IMG/VR virus record: IMGVR_UViG_3300017783_000027
Coordinates: 1-54,818 of that record
Length of the DNA stretch: 54,818 nucleotides
Strand: one strand, 5' to 3'
DNA from: a virus
Lineage: Duplodnaviria; Caudoviricetes
A program made the translations under genes and the position numbers. The notes below the pieces were generated by a model. The model was given only the letters and a program-made list of their open reading frames with translations. It was not told the origin of the DNA and did not search any database. Of the stretch, positions 30,501 to 39,260 are shown piece by piece; position 1 is the stretch's first letter; every line of letters starts with the position of its first letter.

Positions 30501-30660
30501 CACTCCTTCTGAAAGTGACGAAAGTTATAAAGAGTACAAATATAGTGCTGAAAATTTAAGTGAGTTTACAACTTTCCAAATTAAGATTGTTATGAAGAGT
30601 ACAAACTCTGCTTATGTACCTAAGATTAGAGACATGAGAGGCATAGCATTGGCAGTATAA
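24538..30660 (+). CDS. large virion structural protein (VrlC/DUF4815-like)
   Basis: SPYFDDY, LFRP..VQARELTQ.Q, APGAHR, LARRT.DESGDY, RYTMRDIG.LE.RI, DPLAQTF. Confidence 0.85.
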   Translation: MPSPTDFNLSPYFDDYAESKKFHRVLFRPAFAVQARELTQSQTILQNQVEKVSDHLFKKGAMVIPGEIGYDLNYYAVKLTSYTGTSTLSNFKDIVLTGGTSGVTAKVGNTSITDGTDPDTLFVKYTNSGTTNTAQAFTDGETITGSATIDGVVTSLTAIVNTTATGSAAFVAAGTYYINGFHVNVAEQTILLDKYTNTPSYRVGLTISESFVTQNDDGTLNDNAAGSSNVNAPGAHRFKIDLTLSKLTVGSSADANFVELLRLQKGIIQNQVRTTEYAVLEDTLARRTFDESGDYSVRDFDIDIREHLQTGNNRGIYTSANSGLESKLAVGLGPGKAYVKGYEIETIGTTFVEVNKARSFETQNNFITKFDVGNFVNVTNVFGTPDIGFVTGDVEAFKKINLYNTLSAARGTENNGSLSSLNTIGRAKSKGFEYVTGTPSAFTFSSASLTSAIYRHYMFDINMFTHLNLQTGTAFTDGEVVTGGTSGASATYESISNEESKSISGITVANPGVVTATAHKFKEGQQVTISGVTGFGLDSVSQDSSAQVFTVRNPGTNTFELYGADGTTAQNVTAYTSGGTVEHGLAIVSNVQGTFVAGETITGGTSGNTAVIQNDRLGQKGATTFDFANVKHLGMAGTPTYTSDVSRSATYGESLQISGSISVASGGTAVTGFGTRFNTELKVGDEITFTTDAGASVTRIIESISSDTTLEFTTVLGGSDVSTKTIATRNRGKLQDSNKNVSIFPLPHATIKTLKTAANSSLTDTNFTVRRHFAVTLSSGSATITAGTNEVFGSLAEGDYSVSIMDIASASSGATGDVMSLTGNNANSNPIFTLAGSPTGKTLTLDFGTAYANAKIKILATVTRSVADSKTKTLNSNSTVQITSQSIIQSGTIGLAKADVYALKSVKMAADFSTNAISGDTDITDRFILDTGQRDNYYDIGRIKLKTGELAPTGRLLVTFDFFSHGSGDYFDVDSYSGVVDYEDIPTYLSDTSGDSFELRDCLDFRPRVDDASTISSGGQDRSFDGAGASTVDVIKFGGNVTTDFEYYLPRIDKIFLDKEGSFKVIEGASSEIPQSPKQLDGAMHLYTLYIPAYTLTTDDIDIKTVDNKRYTMRDIGRLEKRIETVEYYTQLSLLETQTQQLQIQDADGFDRFKNGFIVDNFTGHGIGDVSNLDYKCSMDMAVGEVRPTFKEDSVQLIESDEDGTVITSADRTAAGYQKTGDCITLPYTESTLVDQPYASKFINVNPFNVFTWVGSIELSPPGDEWKETERAPELVINEQGAFDTMVANLGNPNLQSIEVGTVWNEWQDMWTGRPTEQTTNIGGRVREHAFGVPNIFGRGRRVLQRQQITTTQQVNQTRTGVRSTIVPQVVRESLGDKIINVAFVPFVRSRTITFNGTRFKPNTRLYPYFDNIDVSTYVTPEGGTLGGNIVADANGAINGTFTIPDPTVDANPRWRTGTRVFRLTSSSTNDRNSDIATAGEADYTARGTLETVQESIVSTREPRVVRESVTENRQITRTSTRETNVQVGWWDPLAQTFLIDDPGGVFLSSIDLYFQSKDANIPVTVQIREVKNGYPSTTILPFGEVTLNPSAVNTSADSSVATTFNFPSPIYIQENVEYSFVVLANTNEYNAFVSRIGETQLGSDRTISAQPYAGVLFKSQNGSTWTAEQNEDMKFKLKRCSFTTGTNGTLTVVNDTLPARTLKNNALRTTNSSGVIRVSHPNHGMHGSNNNVTIAGVPTGTYNGIAHSDINGTYNSISNITLDSYEITTTGTATATGDVGGADVTATQNRLYDTLNLNIQTMTVPGTGLTYNMRPTTGASVHGSETEFSLTAANNSVSVSANDNIYFTAPQLVASTANETNEMAGSKSLFVNAVLSTTSEKLSPVIDLQRCSAITVQNRINSPTTGNTPNFVDDTASSGTSSAAVYLTRPIVLENPSTALEVRLTQNVRSVASVQLFYRNSSAEESRDINELSWTPFNVNGEEDILITPSESDESYKEYKYSAENLSEFTTFQIKIVMKSTNSAYVPKIRDMRGIALAV

Positions 30661-30899
30661 TGAGTGATGTTCTTTTTAAAAAAGTTGAAGGTCATACTAC
30701 ACTAGTTAGAGATACATATAATAAAGCTATCATTAACACTAATACAGTATCATTCCAAGAGTATATGGAAAGACGTAAGAATAGAAAATCAACTGGTGAT
30801 GAAATTAGACATGCAGTAAAAGAGATAAATACTTTAAAGAAAGAATTATTTGAAATAAAAAATCTTTTAAACAAGGCAATAGGAAATAAAGGCGAATAA
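30660..30899 (+). CDS. small coiled-coil protein following VrlC-like gene
   Basis: KVEGH..LVRD...AIIN; coupled TAATG overlaps on both sides. Confidence 0.75.
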   Translation: MSDVLFKKVEGHTTLVRDTYNKAIINTNTVSFQEYMERRKNRKSTGDEIRHAVKEINTLKKELFEIKNLLNKAIGNKGE

Positions 30900-31837
30900 T
30901 GGCAGTTAAGGTTATAAATCAAACAGATACTTTAGAAACGTTTAGAACCACATTTAACGATTTGGCGGCTAACGATTTCGGAGATAAAGCAAATTTATCT
31001 GCGGCTATTAGTGCGACTAATCTAATTGACGCCATGAACGAAACGATTTCTATTGCAACATCAACTGCTGGTTGGACAATAGAAGACTCTAGTTCAAGCA
31101 GACAGATTATTGGTGGTGGTAACGTATTACGAGTATTAGGTTCTGCTAATGAAGTTGACGCAGTTGTAAGTGCTACAGATACATTAACACTTGGTTTACC
31201 AAATGATGTTACTATTGCAAACGACTTAACAGTTACTAACTCTATAGGTGTTGGTACAATAACAATTTCAAATAATGATATTACAGACAGTACCGGTACT
31301 ATTCAGTTTGCAGACGACAATTTAGAAACAACAGGTACAATTACAGGTTCTGGTTTTACTGCTACTGGTGGAACATCAACTTTTGGTACAGTACAGATTT
31401 CAGGTAACGAAATTCGTTCTACAGACTCAACTAGAGTTGTAGTTAATGACACGTTAAGAGCAACATCATTAGAAACATCAACAGGTCTATTACAAATAGA
31501 TGAAGTTTCTGGTTTTCCTAGATTACGTTCTACACAAGCAAGTGGTTTCTTAGCAATTACAGCTACACCAATCTTGCAAACAAATATGATTTTTGAAGGT
31601 TCTACACCTGACGATAATGAAACAACAATTACAATTACAGACCCGACAGCAGATAGAACAATTACAATTCCTGATGAATCAGGTACAGTTATTACAACAG
31701 GTTCTACAGACGCAGTGACAGAATCAATGATGGCTAATGACGCTATCGGTTCTTCTGAATTAAAATCCGTACAAACATTAGTAATATATAACTCTGCTGG
31801 CGTTGCAGTTAAAACACTGTACGGCGCTGGTAGTTAA
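30899..31837 (+). CDS. virion structural / fibre protein
   Basis: TDTLETFR..FN N-terminus; FEG..D..ET.....DPTADRTITIPD module. Confidence 0.7.
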   Translation: MAVKVINQTDTLETFRTTFNDLAANDFGDKANLSAAISATNLIDAMNETISIATSTAGWTIEDSSSSRQIIGGGNVLRVLGSANEVDAVVSATDTLTLGLPNDVTIANDLTVTNSIGVGTITISNNDITDSTGTIQFADDNLETTGTITGSGFTATGGTSTFGTVQISGNEIRSTDSTRVVVNDTLRATSLETSTGLLQIDEVSGFPRLRSTQASGFLAITATPILQTNMIFEGSTPDDNETTITITDPTADRTITIPDESGTVITTGSTDAVTESMMANDAIGSSELKSVQTLVIYNSAGVAVKTLYGAGS

Positions 31838-31855
31838 TGAATAAAGAGATAGATA

Positions 31856-32809
31856 ATGGCAGTAAGAACACCACTTTACAATAATTCCGGCGACTTGCAG
31901 GAAATGTCAACTGTTATGGTTGACCAGATAAAAAATGTTTTCAGATATCAATTTCAAGTAGGTGGAACAAATACTAGAAGTATTATTCAATTAGCTGTAA
32001 ATGCTAATAGTGGTACTATAGGTACCATTTCAGATACAAGACTTCAAGCAGGTTCATATTCAACAAACGTAAGTTCAACACCAAGTGAAGGAACAACGGC
32101 AGAGCCTTCTGTTGTTACAGTAAACTATAATCATCTTCAACAAATAATTCCTAGTACAGAAACATTAGATACAGATACAGGTATTTTATATCCTGTTTAT
32201 CAAGATGGTGGTGACATTAAAGCAATGACAGTTGATGACATGAGAGATACTTTTGTCAATCCAGTTATTTCAGAAATAGCTTCTTCAACAAATTCTGTTA
32301 CTCAAGCAGGTACTTATTTTATATCATCTTCTTCAACAGCCGCAAACTCTGAACAAGAAGTTGTTTCTGCTACACCTTGTTTTGTAGATACGAGAGCAAA
32401 TCTTGGTGCTTATTCATCAGGTTCTATACCTGAAGCTTTAGACCAACCTAGTACAATACAAAATTATTATTTACATAGAAATATAATGGCAAGTCCAACA
32501 TATACACCACCTATGTTTATTACAAGTGCAGGACATATACAAGAATTTACAACTGCTACTTTTGGTGAAATGGCAAAACAATTAATGAATATTAGTGTAA
32601 CTAGTATTGTTGGTAAAAAAATCACATATAGTTTAGGTACAAATACAACTAACTATACAAAAGGAACAGGTATGGCAGATACTAGACTAAATGGTTCTGG
32701 TAACTATCAAACAAGATACGTGAATACAAATGACTACAGAGCACAGGAGTTTCCGAACGGTACTCCTACGACTATAAATACTTATTACTTACGATTAGTA
32801 GTAAGTTAA
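31856..32809 (+). CDS. virion structural protein
   Basis: Thr/Ser-rich with three internal DTR repeats; within the tail operon. Confidence 0.65.
   Translation: MAVRTPLYNNSGDLQEMSTVMVDQIKNVFRYQFQVGGTNTRSIIQLAVNANSGTIGTISDTRLQAGSYSTNVSSTPSEGTTAEPSVVTVNYNHLQQIIPSTETLDTDTGILYPVYQDGGDIKAMTVDDMRDTFVNPVISEIASSTNSVTQAGTYFISSSSTAANSEQEVVSATPCFVDTRANLGAYSSGSIPEALDQPSTIQNYYLHRNIMASPTYTPPMFITSAGHIQEFTTATFGEMAKQLMNISVTSIVGKKITYSLGTNTTNYTKGTGMADTRLNGSGNYQTRYVNTNDYRAQEFPNGTPTTINTYYLRLVVS
32773..32780 (+). promoter_or_regulatory. T4-type late promoter TATAAATA
   Basis: Exact consensus inside the 3' end of the upstream gene, 44 nt before the epimerase. Confidence 0.65.
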
Positions 32810-32824
32810 ACATTATGGAAAATT

Positions 32825-33559
32825 ATGAATATATTATTAACAGGCAGTGATGGCTTCATAGGTACACACCTACATTCACATTTAAAAAAACTCAATCACA
32901 ACATAACAGGAATAGATGTTAAATCTGGTAATGATTTAATGGATTGTCCATTAAACTATCATGTAGATTTAGTAATACATTTAGCAGGTTTATCTGGTGT
33001 TAGAAAAAGTTTAGATAATCCTACTGAATACTGGAAACAAAACTGTATTGTTAGTCAAAGATTGTTTGAAAACTTTAAAGATACAAAAATCATTTACGCT
33101 AGTTCTAGTACAGCTGCAGAACCATGGAGAAATCCATATGCAATGAGTAAATTTTCATTAGAACAAATAGCAGAACCTTATGATAGTTTAGGTTTAAGAT
33201 TTACTACAGTTTATGGTAGAGGTGCGCCAGAAACTATGTTAATACCTAAAATATTAAATAACAATATAGAATATCTTAATACAAATCACAGTAGAGATTT
33301 TATTCATGTTGAAGATGTATTAGACGCTATTACTACAGTTATGGACACCGATTTAAGAGGTGTTATTGATGTAGGTACAGGACAAACTAATTTACTTTCT
33401 GAAATTGTTAGTAGATTTCAAATAGAATATACACCAGTTATAGGTGACGAACATGAACGTGAAGATAATCTTGCCAATACAGACGTATTACAATCTTATG
33501 GTTGGGAAGCAAAAACAAACATATATGATTATATAGAGGAACATAGAAATGTTAACTAA
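32825..33559 (+). CDS. NAD-dependent nucleotide-sugar epimerase/dehydratase
   Basis: ILLTGSDGFIG, VIHLAG, YASSS, YAMSK, LRFTTVYG, RDFIHVED. Confidence 0.92.
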   Translation: MNILLTGSDGFIGTHLHSHLKKLNHNITGIDVKSGNDLMDCPLNYHVDLVIHLAGLSGVRKSLDNPTEYWKQNCIVSQRLFENFKDTKIIYASSSTAAEPWRNPYAMSKFSLEQIAEPYDSLGLRFTTVYGRGAPETMLIPKILNNNIEYLNTNHSRDFIHVEDVLDAITTVMDTDLRGVIDVGTGQTNLLSEIVSRFQIEYTPVIGDEHEREDNLANTDVLQSYGWEAKTNIYDYIEEHRNVN

Positions 33560-34040
33560 AGAATTATTATCAACAAATCTTATTACAGCATACTTTATTG
33601 ACAATGAGAGAAAGAACATTGAAGTTTTAACTTCTACACCTAATAAAAAGGAAGTAAATGCAATGATTATTCCTTTCAATGAGGATAATGAAGACTATAA
33701 AAACTTAATAGAGTATATTGACCTTGATAAACTACATGAGATTACTTATCAAAAAATAAAAAATGACCGTGCTGAATTTGAAGCACAGATTGTTGATATT
33801 GCAAAGAAAGAAGGACTTATCTTTGACCAAAACAAAATTGATACAAAGTTTTATCCATATCTAGTTAAATCTATATTTGAAGATAAAGGAAATGCAGACC
33901 ATTTGTTTGCATTGAAACTTGCCTTATTTGAAATTGATGATGTTAGAGATTCCGATAATATGGAACAAAAGACAGCAATTAGAAAATCTAAAACAAAGAT
34001 TGAGGCAATTCAAGCCGCCATTAACTGTTTAGATACTTAG
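33549..34040 (+). CDS. hypothetical protein
   Basis: 163 aa, GAGG RBS, overlaps the epimerase end. Confidence 0.7.
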   Translation: MLTKELLSTNLITAYFIDNERKNIEVLTSTPNKKEVNAMIIPFNEDNEDYKNLIEYIDLDKLHEITYQKIKNDRAEFEAQIVDIAKKEGLIFDQNKIDTKFYPYLVKSIFEDKGNADHLFALKLALFEIDDVRDSDNMEQKTAIRKSKTKIEAIQAAINCLDT

Positions 34041-34917
34041 ACCACCAACCAGACCAACCATCTTCTAATAAGTGTTGCATTTGACCAAATGTACATAGAC
34101 CAAAACCTTTCATAGGTTCTTTGTCATACTCATGTTCTTTGATTGAATAACAAACTTTATCAAAAGTCTTATATTCTATTTCGTGATAATAAAACTCATC
34201 AATACTTGTAGGATATTTCTTTAGATAATACTCTTTGTTATCTACAAACTTTTTATAGATATGAGATATATCGCCAGTCCAAGAAACCATAGAAGAGTTT
34301 AGAGGTGTATGGTGTTCTTCTCGCCACCAGTCATACATTAAAGTAAAATCTTTTCTAACTAAATTAGGCAACTTATCATAAATTACCATATCTAAATCTA
34401 GGTATAGATTTGTACCATCTTTATAGTCATTAAAGATTTCTAATTTGTTGTACATATTACCAAAGGTATCTTTTTCAAATACAACAAAGTTATTATACTT
34501 TATACCTGAATAATTGTCAAGCATGAATTTAAGATTATTTACATGCCAACTATTATATTTTTCTCCCCATTTAGCAACAATAACTCTATCAAAGTCCACT
34601 TGTTCGGTTGATAGACTAGTTTTAGTGGGGTGTTTATCTAAAGATGTTGTAGAACAAAAATGTTTACAATAGTTTGGTGCTAGTTCAGGTTTATTTACTA
34701 ACATATCAAACCAATCTTTGTAAAGAGGACTATCTATTATATCATCTATTGAATCAAAGTTGTCAATATGCATATCTTTTTGATAGAATTGTTTTAACGT
34801 TGCGTCTTTTCTTCCACCAGGACTATCAATCCAACAACAAGGTACAACAAAACCGGTTGATGTAAAGGCCATTTGTCTATCAAACTGTACACATTTTGGT
34901 CTGAATTTTTTAGTCAT
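34021..34917 (-). CDS. SPASM/twitch-like Fe-S domain fused to a GT-A glycosyltransferase-like domain
   Basis: N-terminal C...G.VVPCC...CKHFC; C-terminal KWGEKY, YNKLEIF, LYLDLD, LNSSMVSW. Confidence 0.7.
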   Translation of the reverse strand: MTKKFRPKCVQFDRQMAFTSTGFVVPCCWIDSPGGRKDATLKQFYQKDMHIDNFDSIDDIIDSPLYKDWFDMLVNKPELAPNYCKHFCSTTSLDKHPTKTSLSTEQVDFDRVIVAKWGEKYNSWHVNNLKFMLDNYSGIKYNNFVVFEKDTFGNMYNKLEIFNDYKDGTNLYLDLDMVIYDKLPNLVRKDFTLMYDWWREEHHTPLNSSMVSWTGDISHIYKKFVDNKEYYLKKYPTSIDEFYYHEIEYKTFDKVCYSIKEHEYDKEPMKGFGLCTFGQMQHLLEDGWSGWWSKYLNS

Positions 34918-35539
34918 TATGTGTCCTTATACTAGGTCTGCTCATCACAAACTTTTTGTTTGTTGGTAGTAGAGGGTCATCATCTGTAAACCTAGAAGTA
35001 ACTAATAAATCAAATTTAATGTCATGTTTTCTAGCGATTGATTTTGCCTCTTCTATATCATTCTCATTATAATTAAATACAATATATTGCCATACACAAT
35101 TAAGACCTTTACTTTTTGCAAGTAACATCATACGAAATAATTTCTCGCCATCCTGGTTTTTACGATACTTGTGGCTGTCTTTTGGTAAACCATCTATCCC
35201 AAAAACCCACCTTGCTTTTGTGTTTGCGTCAAAGGCTTCGTTCCACCATTTCTCTAATCTATGAGAGGCAGCTACATGTATAGATACCTTGTGACCTTTT
35301 TCTTCCAGATACCTTAACATTTTAATAAAGTCATGGTTCATTGACGGGTCAGAAACTTGACCACAGAAATTAATATAACCAAAGTAATCAGCAATCTTTT
35401 TAAACTGTTCAAATGTTACATCTTCACCAGGCACTTTAAGTCCTTTTTTTAGTATTTTAGTTCTACTACACATAGGACATTGTAGTGTACACCTAGCAGA
35501 TAGGTCAACGTTAACACCTCTTTGAGCATGTGGTATCAT
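34910..35539 (-). CDS. radical SAM enzyme
   Basis: CTLQCPMC (CxxxCxxC), FCGQVSDP, FGIDG, WQYIVFNYNE; ATGA overlap start. Confidence 0.9.
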   Translation of the reverse strand: MIPHAQRGVNVDLSARCTLQCPMCSRTKILKKGLKVPGEDVTFEQFKKIADYFGYINFCGQVSDPSMNHDFIKMLRYLEEKGHKVSIHVAASHRLEKWWNEAFDANTKARWVFGIDGLPKDSHKYRKNQDGEKLFRMMLLAKSKGLNCVWQYIVFNYNENDIEEAKSIARKHDIKFDLLVTSRFTDDDPLLPTNKKFVMSRPSIRTHND

Positions 35540-36324
35540 TTCCAATTATCCTTAATAAACTTGTCGTTACCTGTTATAGTTTTACCTACACCAGCAAAGT
35601 GTACGACTTTAATATTTTCGTGTACATCATCCATTATCATATAATCTGTATCAAATCTTTCCATATATATTTGATTCAATTGTAAGTTCTTTTTGTAACT
35701 ATCTGTCCATGTTCCCAACCATTCAGGTGGAAGTTTAGTTAATGTAGCATTATGTTCTTGTATTTTCCATTTGACATAGTTTTGTTCTCCATATAGTGGT
35801 ACATGAACATCACCTTTATTATAAAAATTCATTTGCCAGAATTCAGGATTTTTGATAAAATCGTCCCACACAAACTTTAAACTGCCTGATTTAAACTTAT
35901 AAAACCCACCATTAATACCTAGTTTGTTTTCCCACCACACACCGTATGTTAATAATTCTTTTTCTTTTACAGGCCAATTCAATAGTTCATCTATATTACC
36001 TGTAATAATTTGGTCAATATCCATAACAATAATATCATCACCAGGTTTTTGATTGGCAAAGTTAGGTGCAAAGAATTTTAGTTTATGCCAATGTTTTTTA
36101 ATATCTGCTAAATGATTATAAGGTAATACTGTTGCAATATCTCCAAACTGTGTTATATGATGTTGACTGGACCTTGTATCTATCAATCTACTGCCGTATT
36201 GAGTATCAGATATAACAACAAACTCAAAATCAACAGTTGAGTTTCTTTTGATACTATTGTATAGTTTTGTCACATAGTCAGGAGAATATCGGTCACCAAA
36301 ATAAACACAACAAATCTTAAGCAT
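35536..36324 (-). CDS. glycosyltransferase (GT-A, DxD)
   Basis: Y..DYV.KLYNSIKRN, WHKLKFF, MDID, INGG, GEQ.Y, VVHFAG. Confidence 0.8.
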   Translation of the reverse strand: MLKICCVYFGDRYSPDYVTKLYNSIKRNSTVDFEFVVISDTQYGSRLIDTRSSQHHITQFGDIATVLPYNHLADIKKHWHKLKFFAPNFANQKPGDDIIVMDIDQIITGNIDELLNWPVKEKELLTYGVWWENKLGINGGFYKFKSGSLKFVWDDFIKNPEFWQMNFYNKGDVHVPLYGEQNYVKWKIQEHNATLTKLPPEWLGTWTDSYKKNLQLNQIYMERFDTDYMIMDDVHENIKVVHFAGVGKTITGNDKFIKDNWK

Positions 36325-37135
36325 ATTTTCTCCAGACTGTATCAAAATCTTTATTAATTGTATGTACTAAATGTATATTATCTGGTATAAAACCTTGTTT
36401 ATCAAAATGATAATGCCAATCTTCAGGTAAAAATTGTATTGGTATTTTATGTTGTTTCAATTTAACAGCAAACAATGTTTCATTATCATAACCAAAGAAG
36501 TTTCTAATTCTCTCTGGAAATATATCACTATCATTTTTAACTTCTGTCATTAGTTCTAGGTCTTTCTTAAAACCATAAAAGTATCTAAGTCTAATTAACC
36601 ATTCTGTATTAATACCAATAATGCCTGTATTGATTACATCATTCTCTGGACTAAATCCTTTTTCAATCAACATGGCCTGAGCATTGTAATACTTTGATGT
36701 AGGACTTCTAATTGATTGTGATGTATCTGTTATTTGGTCAATTTTTTTAACTAGGTCATTATTATGTTTGATTGCAATACCTTTTTTTAAATCAAATATA
36801 TTAAAGAAACTAATTGATTTCATAGGTACAACATCAAAATCTAAATATAATATCTCATCATATTCTTTATTAAGTTCATATAATAAATGTAACTTATAGA
36901 AATTTACAATATTATAATCTGTAATTTCTGGTGGCATTGTCTTTGCAAACTGTTTATACTTTTCATCATACTCAAATAAGATAAATTCTACACCAATATC
37001 CTTGGCATACTTTTTCTTACATTCTATAAGACGTGTATAGTGTTCTTTAAATTGTGACTTTGTTTCAGAGTCAACAGGTTGGTCTAACTTGTCTGTAGGT
37101 ATATCAATATATAAACTATATATTACACGTTTCAT
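36317..37135 (-). CDS. glycosyltransferase (GT-A, DxD)
   Basis: YAKDIG, YDEILYLDFDV, INTG, DNET, LVH; start moved to MKRVIYS (ATGA overlap). Confidence 0.75.
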   Translation of the reverse strand: MKRVIYSLYIDIPTDKLDQPVDSETKSQFKEHYTRLIECKKKYAKDIGVEFILFEYDEKYKQFAKTMPPEITDYNIVNFYKLHLLYELNKEYDEILYLDFDVVPMKSISFFNIFDLKKGIAIKHNNDLVKKIDQITDTSQSIRSPTSKYYNAQAMLIEKGFSPENDVINTGIIGINTEWLIRLRYFYGFKKDLELMTEVKNDSDIFPERIRNFFGYDNETLFAVKLKQHKIPIQFLPEDWHYHFDKQGFIPDNIHLVHTINKDFDTVWRKYA

Positions 37136-37746
37136 TTTATCTTTCCTACTAAAGTATATCTGTGACCGCCTCTGTCTTTGTCTTCTAATACATCCTGTTT
37201 TAATATTTCCCATGTGTCTGGTATTTGTTCCTTAAATTGTGTTAAAGATGTAACGCAATTGGTGTGGTCATTTATATTATCGTTTGTGTGAGTTTGAAAT
37301 GCAAAATAAGTATCTTTACTCATTCTATCCCAATAAGGGTATTCTTTCATTGGTGGCATATGTTCACATGATGTATTGATAATAAGATTAGATAGTATCA
37401 TCTTTTCAGTAGGCATTTTAAATACATCTTTGTTTACAAATTCTACGTTGTCAATACCATCAAACAATCTTCTTCCCATTCTAGTAGCTCTATCGTCAAA
37501 GTCAATACCTTGTACGTACTTAACCTTTTGAGATAATACATAACCAACTATAGACATAAACCAACAACCCATAACTGTGACTGTAGAATATTTTTCAATA
37601 TATTCATCAACCATTTCTAATAGTTTACTTTTAGATTCAAACTGTATTGGACTTAAAGAATCTAATAACCTTTTTGATTGATTTAGGCCATCATTCTTAA
37701 TTTCTCTTAATACTCTTTGGAAATATTTTTCATCAAACATTATCAT
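37132..37746 (-). CDS. class I SAM-dependent methyltransferase
   Basis: VMGCWF, GIDFD, DVF, LIINTSCEHM, DHTNC. Confidence 0.7.
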   Translation of the reverse strand: MIMFDEKYFQRVLREIKNDGLNQSKRLLDSLSPIQFESKSKLLEMVDEYIEKYSTVTVMGCWFMSIVGYVLSQKVKYVQGIDFDDRATRMGRRLFDGIDNVEFVNKDVFKMPTEKMILSNLIINTSCEHMPPMKEYPYWDRMSKDTYFAFQTHTNDNINDHTNCVTSLTQFKEQIPDTWEILKQDVLEDKDRGGHRYTLVGKIK

Positions 37747-39260
37747 TTTCTAAGCACCTTACCATTTATTACTAATATATCTAGGTCTGTTTTTTTGAAC
37801 GTTTTAAATGCCTGTTGTGGTGTTTCAACAATAGGTTCTCTACAATTAAAACTAGTGTTCAATAACATTGGTATACCTGTCACTTTATAAAACTCATTGA
37901 TTAAGTCATAGAAATCAGGATTGAATTTTTTATTGACTGTTTGTATTCTTGCAGTATTATCCAAGTGTGTAACACCAGGAACCTTATCAGTTTTTACTTT
38001 ACAAATCCTAGACATATATGGACTAGGTTGATTTGTGTCAAAGTATTCTTTATAATGTTCTTCTAATACAGCAGGTGCAAATGGTCTAAAATCTTCTCTC
38101 TTTTTAATTGTATGATTGATTACATCTTTGATATTAGGATTACGTGGGTCTGCTAAAATACTTCTATTACCTAAGGCACGATTACCACTTTCTGACTTAC
38201 CATTGTACCAACCAACAATCTTGCCATCAGCAATAGATTGTGCTATATCTGTTAGGTCAACATTCTCATCTGATAGTTTATACGGCCACTCTTTACCAGC
38301 AAATACATTTGTTTTGTGTCGGTTACCATTAATTGTATAGTCAGCGTGTTGATATGTACCCAGCGCCTGTCCTTCATCACCTATCGCAGGAGGAACGTAC
38401 ACATTTTGGTATTGTTTAGTAAACTCTTCATTCATATAACCATTATATGCAACACCACCAGATAGACATATGTTCTCACAAGTCTTTAGTGGATATACAT
38501 GTTCTTTAATTTTGTCAAGTGTAAATTTCTGTAGTGTAAACGCCAAGTCTTCTTTACCATACTTCTCAATATTCAATTCTTTATGCATATGATTTGACTT
38601 CTCACGTCTCTTATCATCTGCTATCATTTCAAATGCATTGTAATAATATTCGCTATATTTACCATATGCAACTAAACCCATAAGTTTACTTGCACCTAAC
38701 GGACCGAAACCTGTTAGTTTAGACATTTGATTCCATATCCAACCAAGTGGTAACTCTTTAGATAAGTCTGTTATATTCTCATCTTTATCTACAAAGATAC
38801 ATCTATACTTAGCACCAATTCCGTCAATGGCAAGTATATCTGACTTGTCAAAACCAGAGTTTATGAAAGCATAAGTGGCATGAGATTGGTGGTGGTCAAT
38901 ATAGTATATCTCATCTTTATAGTATCTGTCAAACAACTTTTTAGGTTCATAGTCAAGTATCTCTTTATGAGCTACAAGCATACCTTTAAACAACGAATCT
39001 TTAAGGTGTCTGATACCACCATTAGTGTAGGAAAACGCCAAAATTTTATTCGGAAATTTCTCAAAATATTCTTCAACAAAATTAAAGTTTAATCTGTAAT
39101 CATCAACGTTTAATTTATCGCCCTCATTATGATGAGCATATGCGTCAACATGATAAGGTATGTTGTGTTTAAATCTAGTATATCTTTCCATTTGTTTATG
39201 AAAGACACCATCATATGTATTTTGGTCATGTAGATTTAGTGCAACGCTATATATTTTCAT
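37743..39260 (-). CDS. carbamoyltransferase (NodU/CmcH/TobZ family)
   Basis: ERYTRFKH, HHQSHA, AIDGIG, KLMGL, SGGVAYN, GDEG, RALGNRS, KREDFRPFAP, LLNTSFN. Confidence 0.93.
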   Translation of the reverse strand: MKIYSVALNLHDQNTYDGVFHKQMERYTRFKHNIPYHVDAYAHHNEGDKLNVDDYRLNFNFVEEYFEKFPNKILAFSYTNGGIRHLKDSLFKGMLVAHKEILDYEPKKLFDRYYKDEIYYIDHHQSHATYAFINSGFDKSDILAIDGIGAKYRCIFVDKDENITDLSKELPLGWIWNQMSKLTGFGPLGASKLMGLVAYGKYSEYYYNAFEMIADDKRREKSNHMHKELNIEKYGKEDLAFTLQKFTLDKIKEHVYPLKTCENICLSGGVAYNGYMNEEFTKQYQNVYVPPAIGDEGQALGTYQHADYTINGNRHKTNVFAGKEWPYKLSDENVDLTDIAQSIADGKIVGWYNGKSESGNRALGNRSILADPRNPNIKDVINHTIKKREDFRPFAPAVLEEHYKEYFDTNQPSPYMSRICKVKTDKVPGVTHLDNTARIQTVNKKFNPDFYDLINEFYKVTGIPMLLNTSFNCREPIVETPQQAFKTFKKTDLDILVINGKVLRK

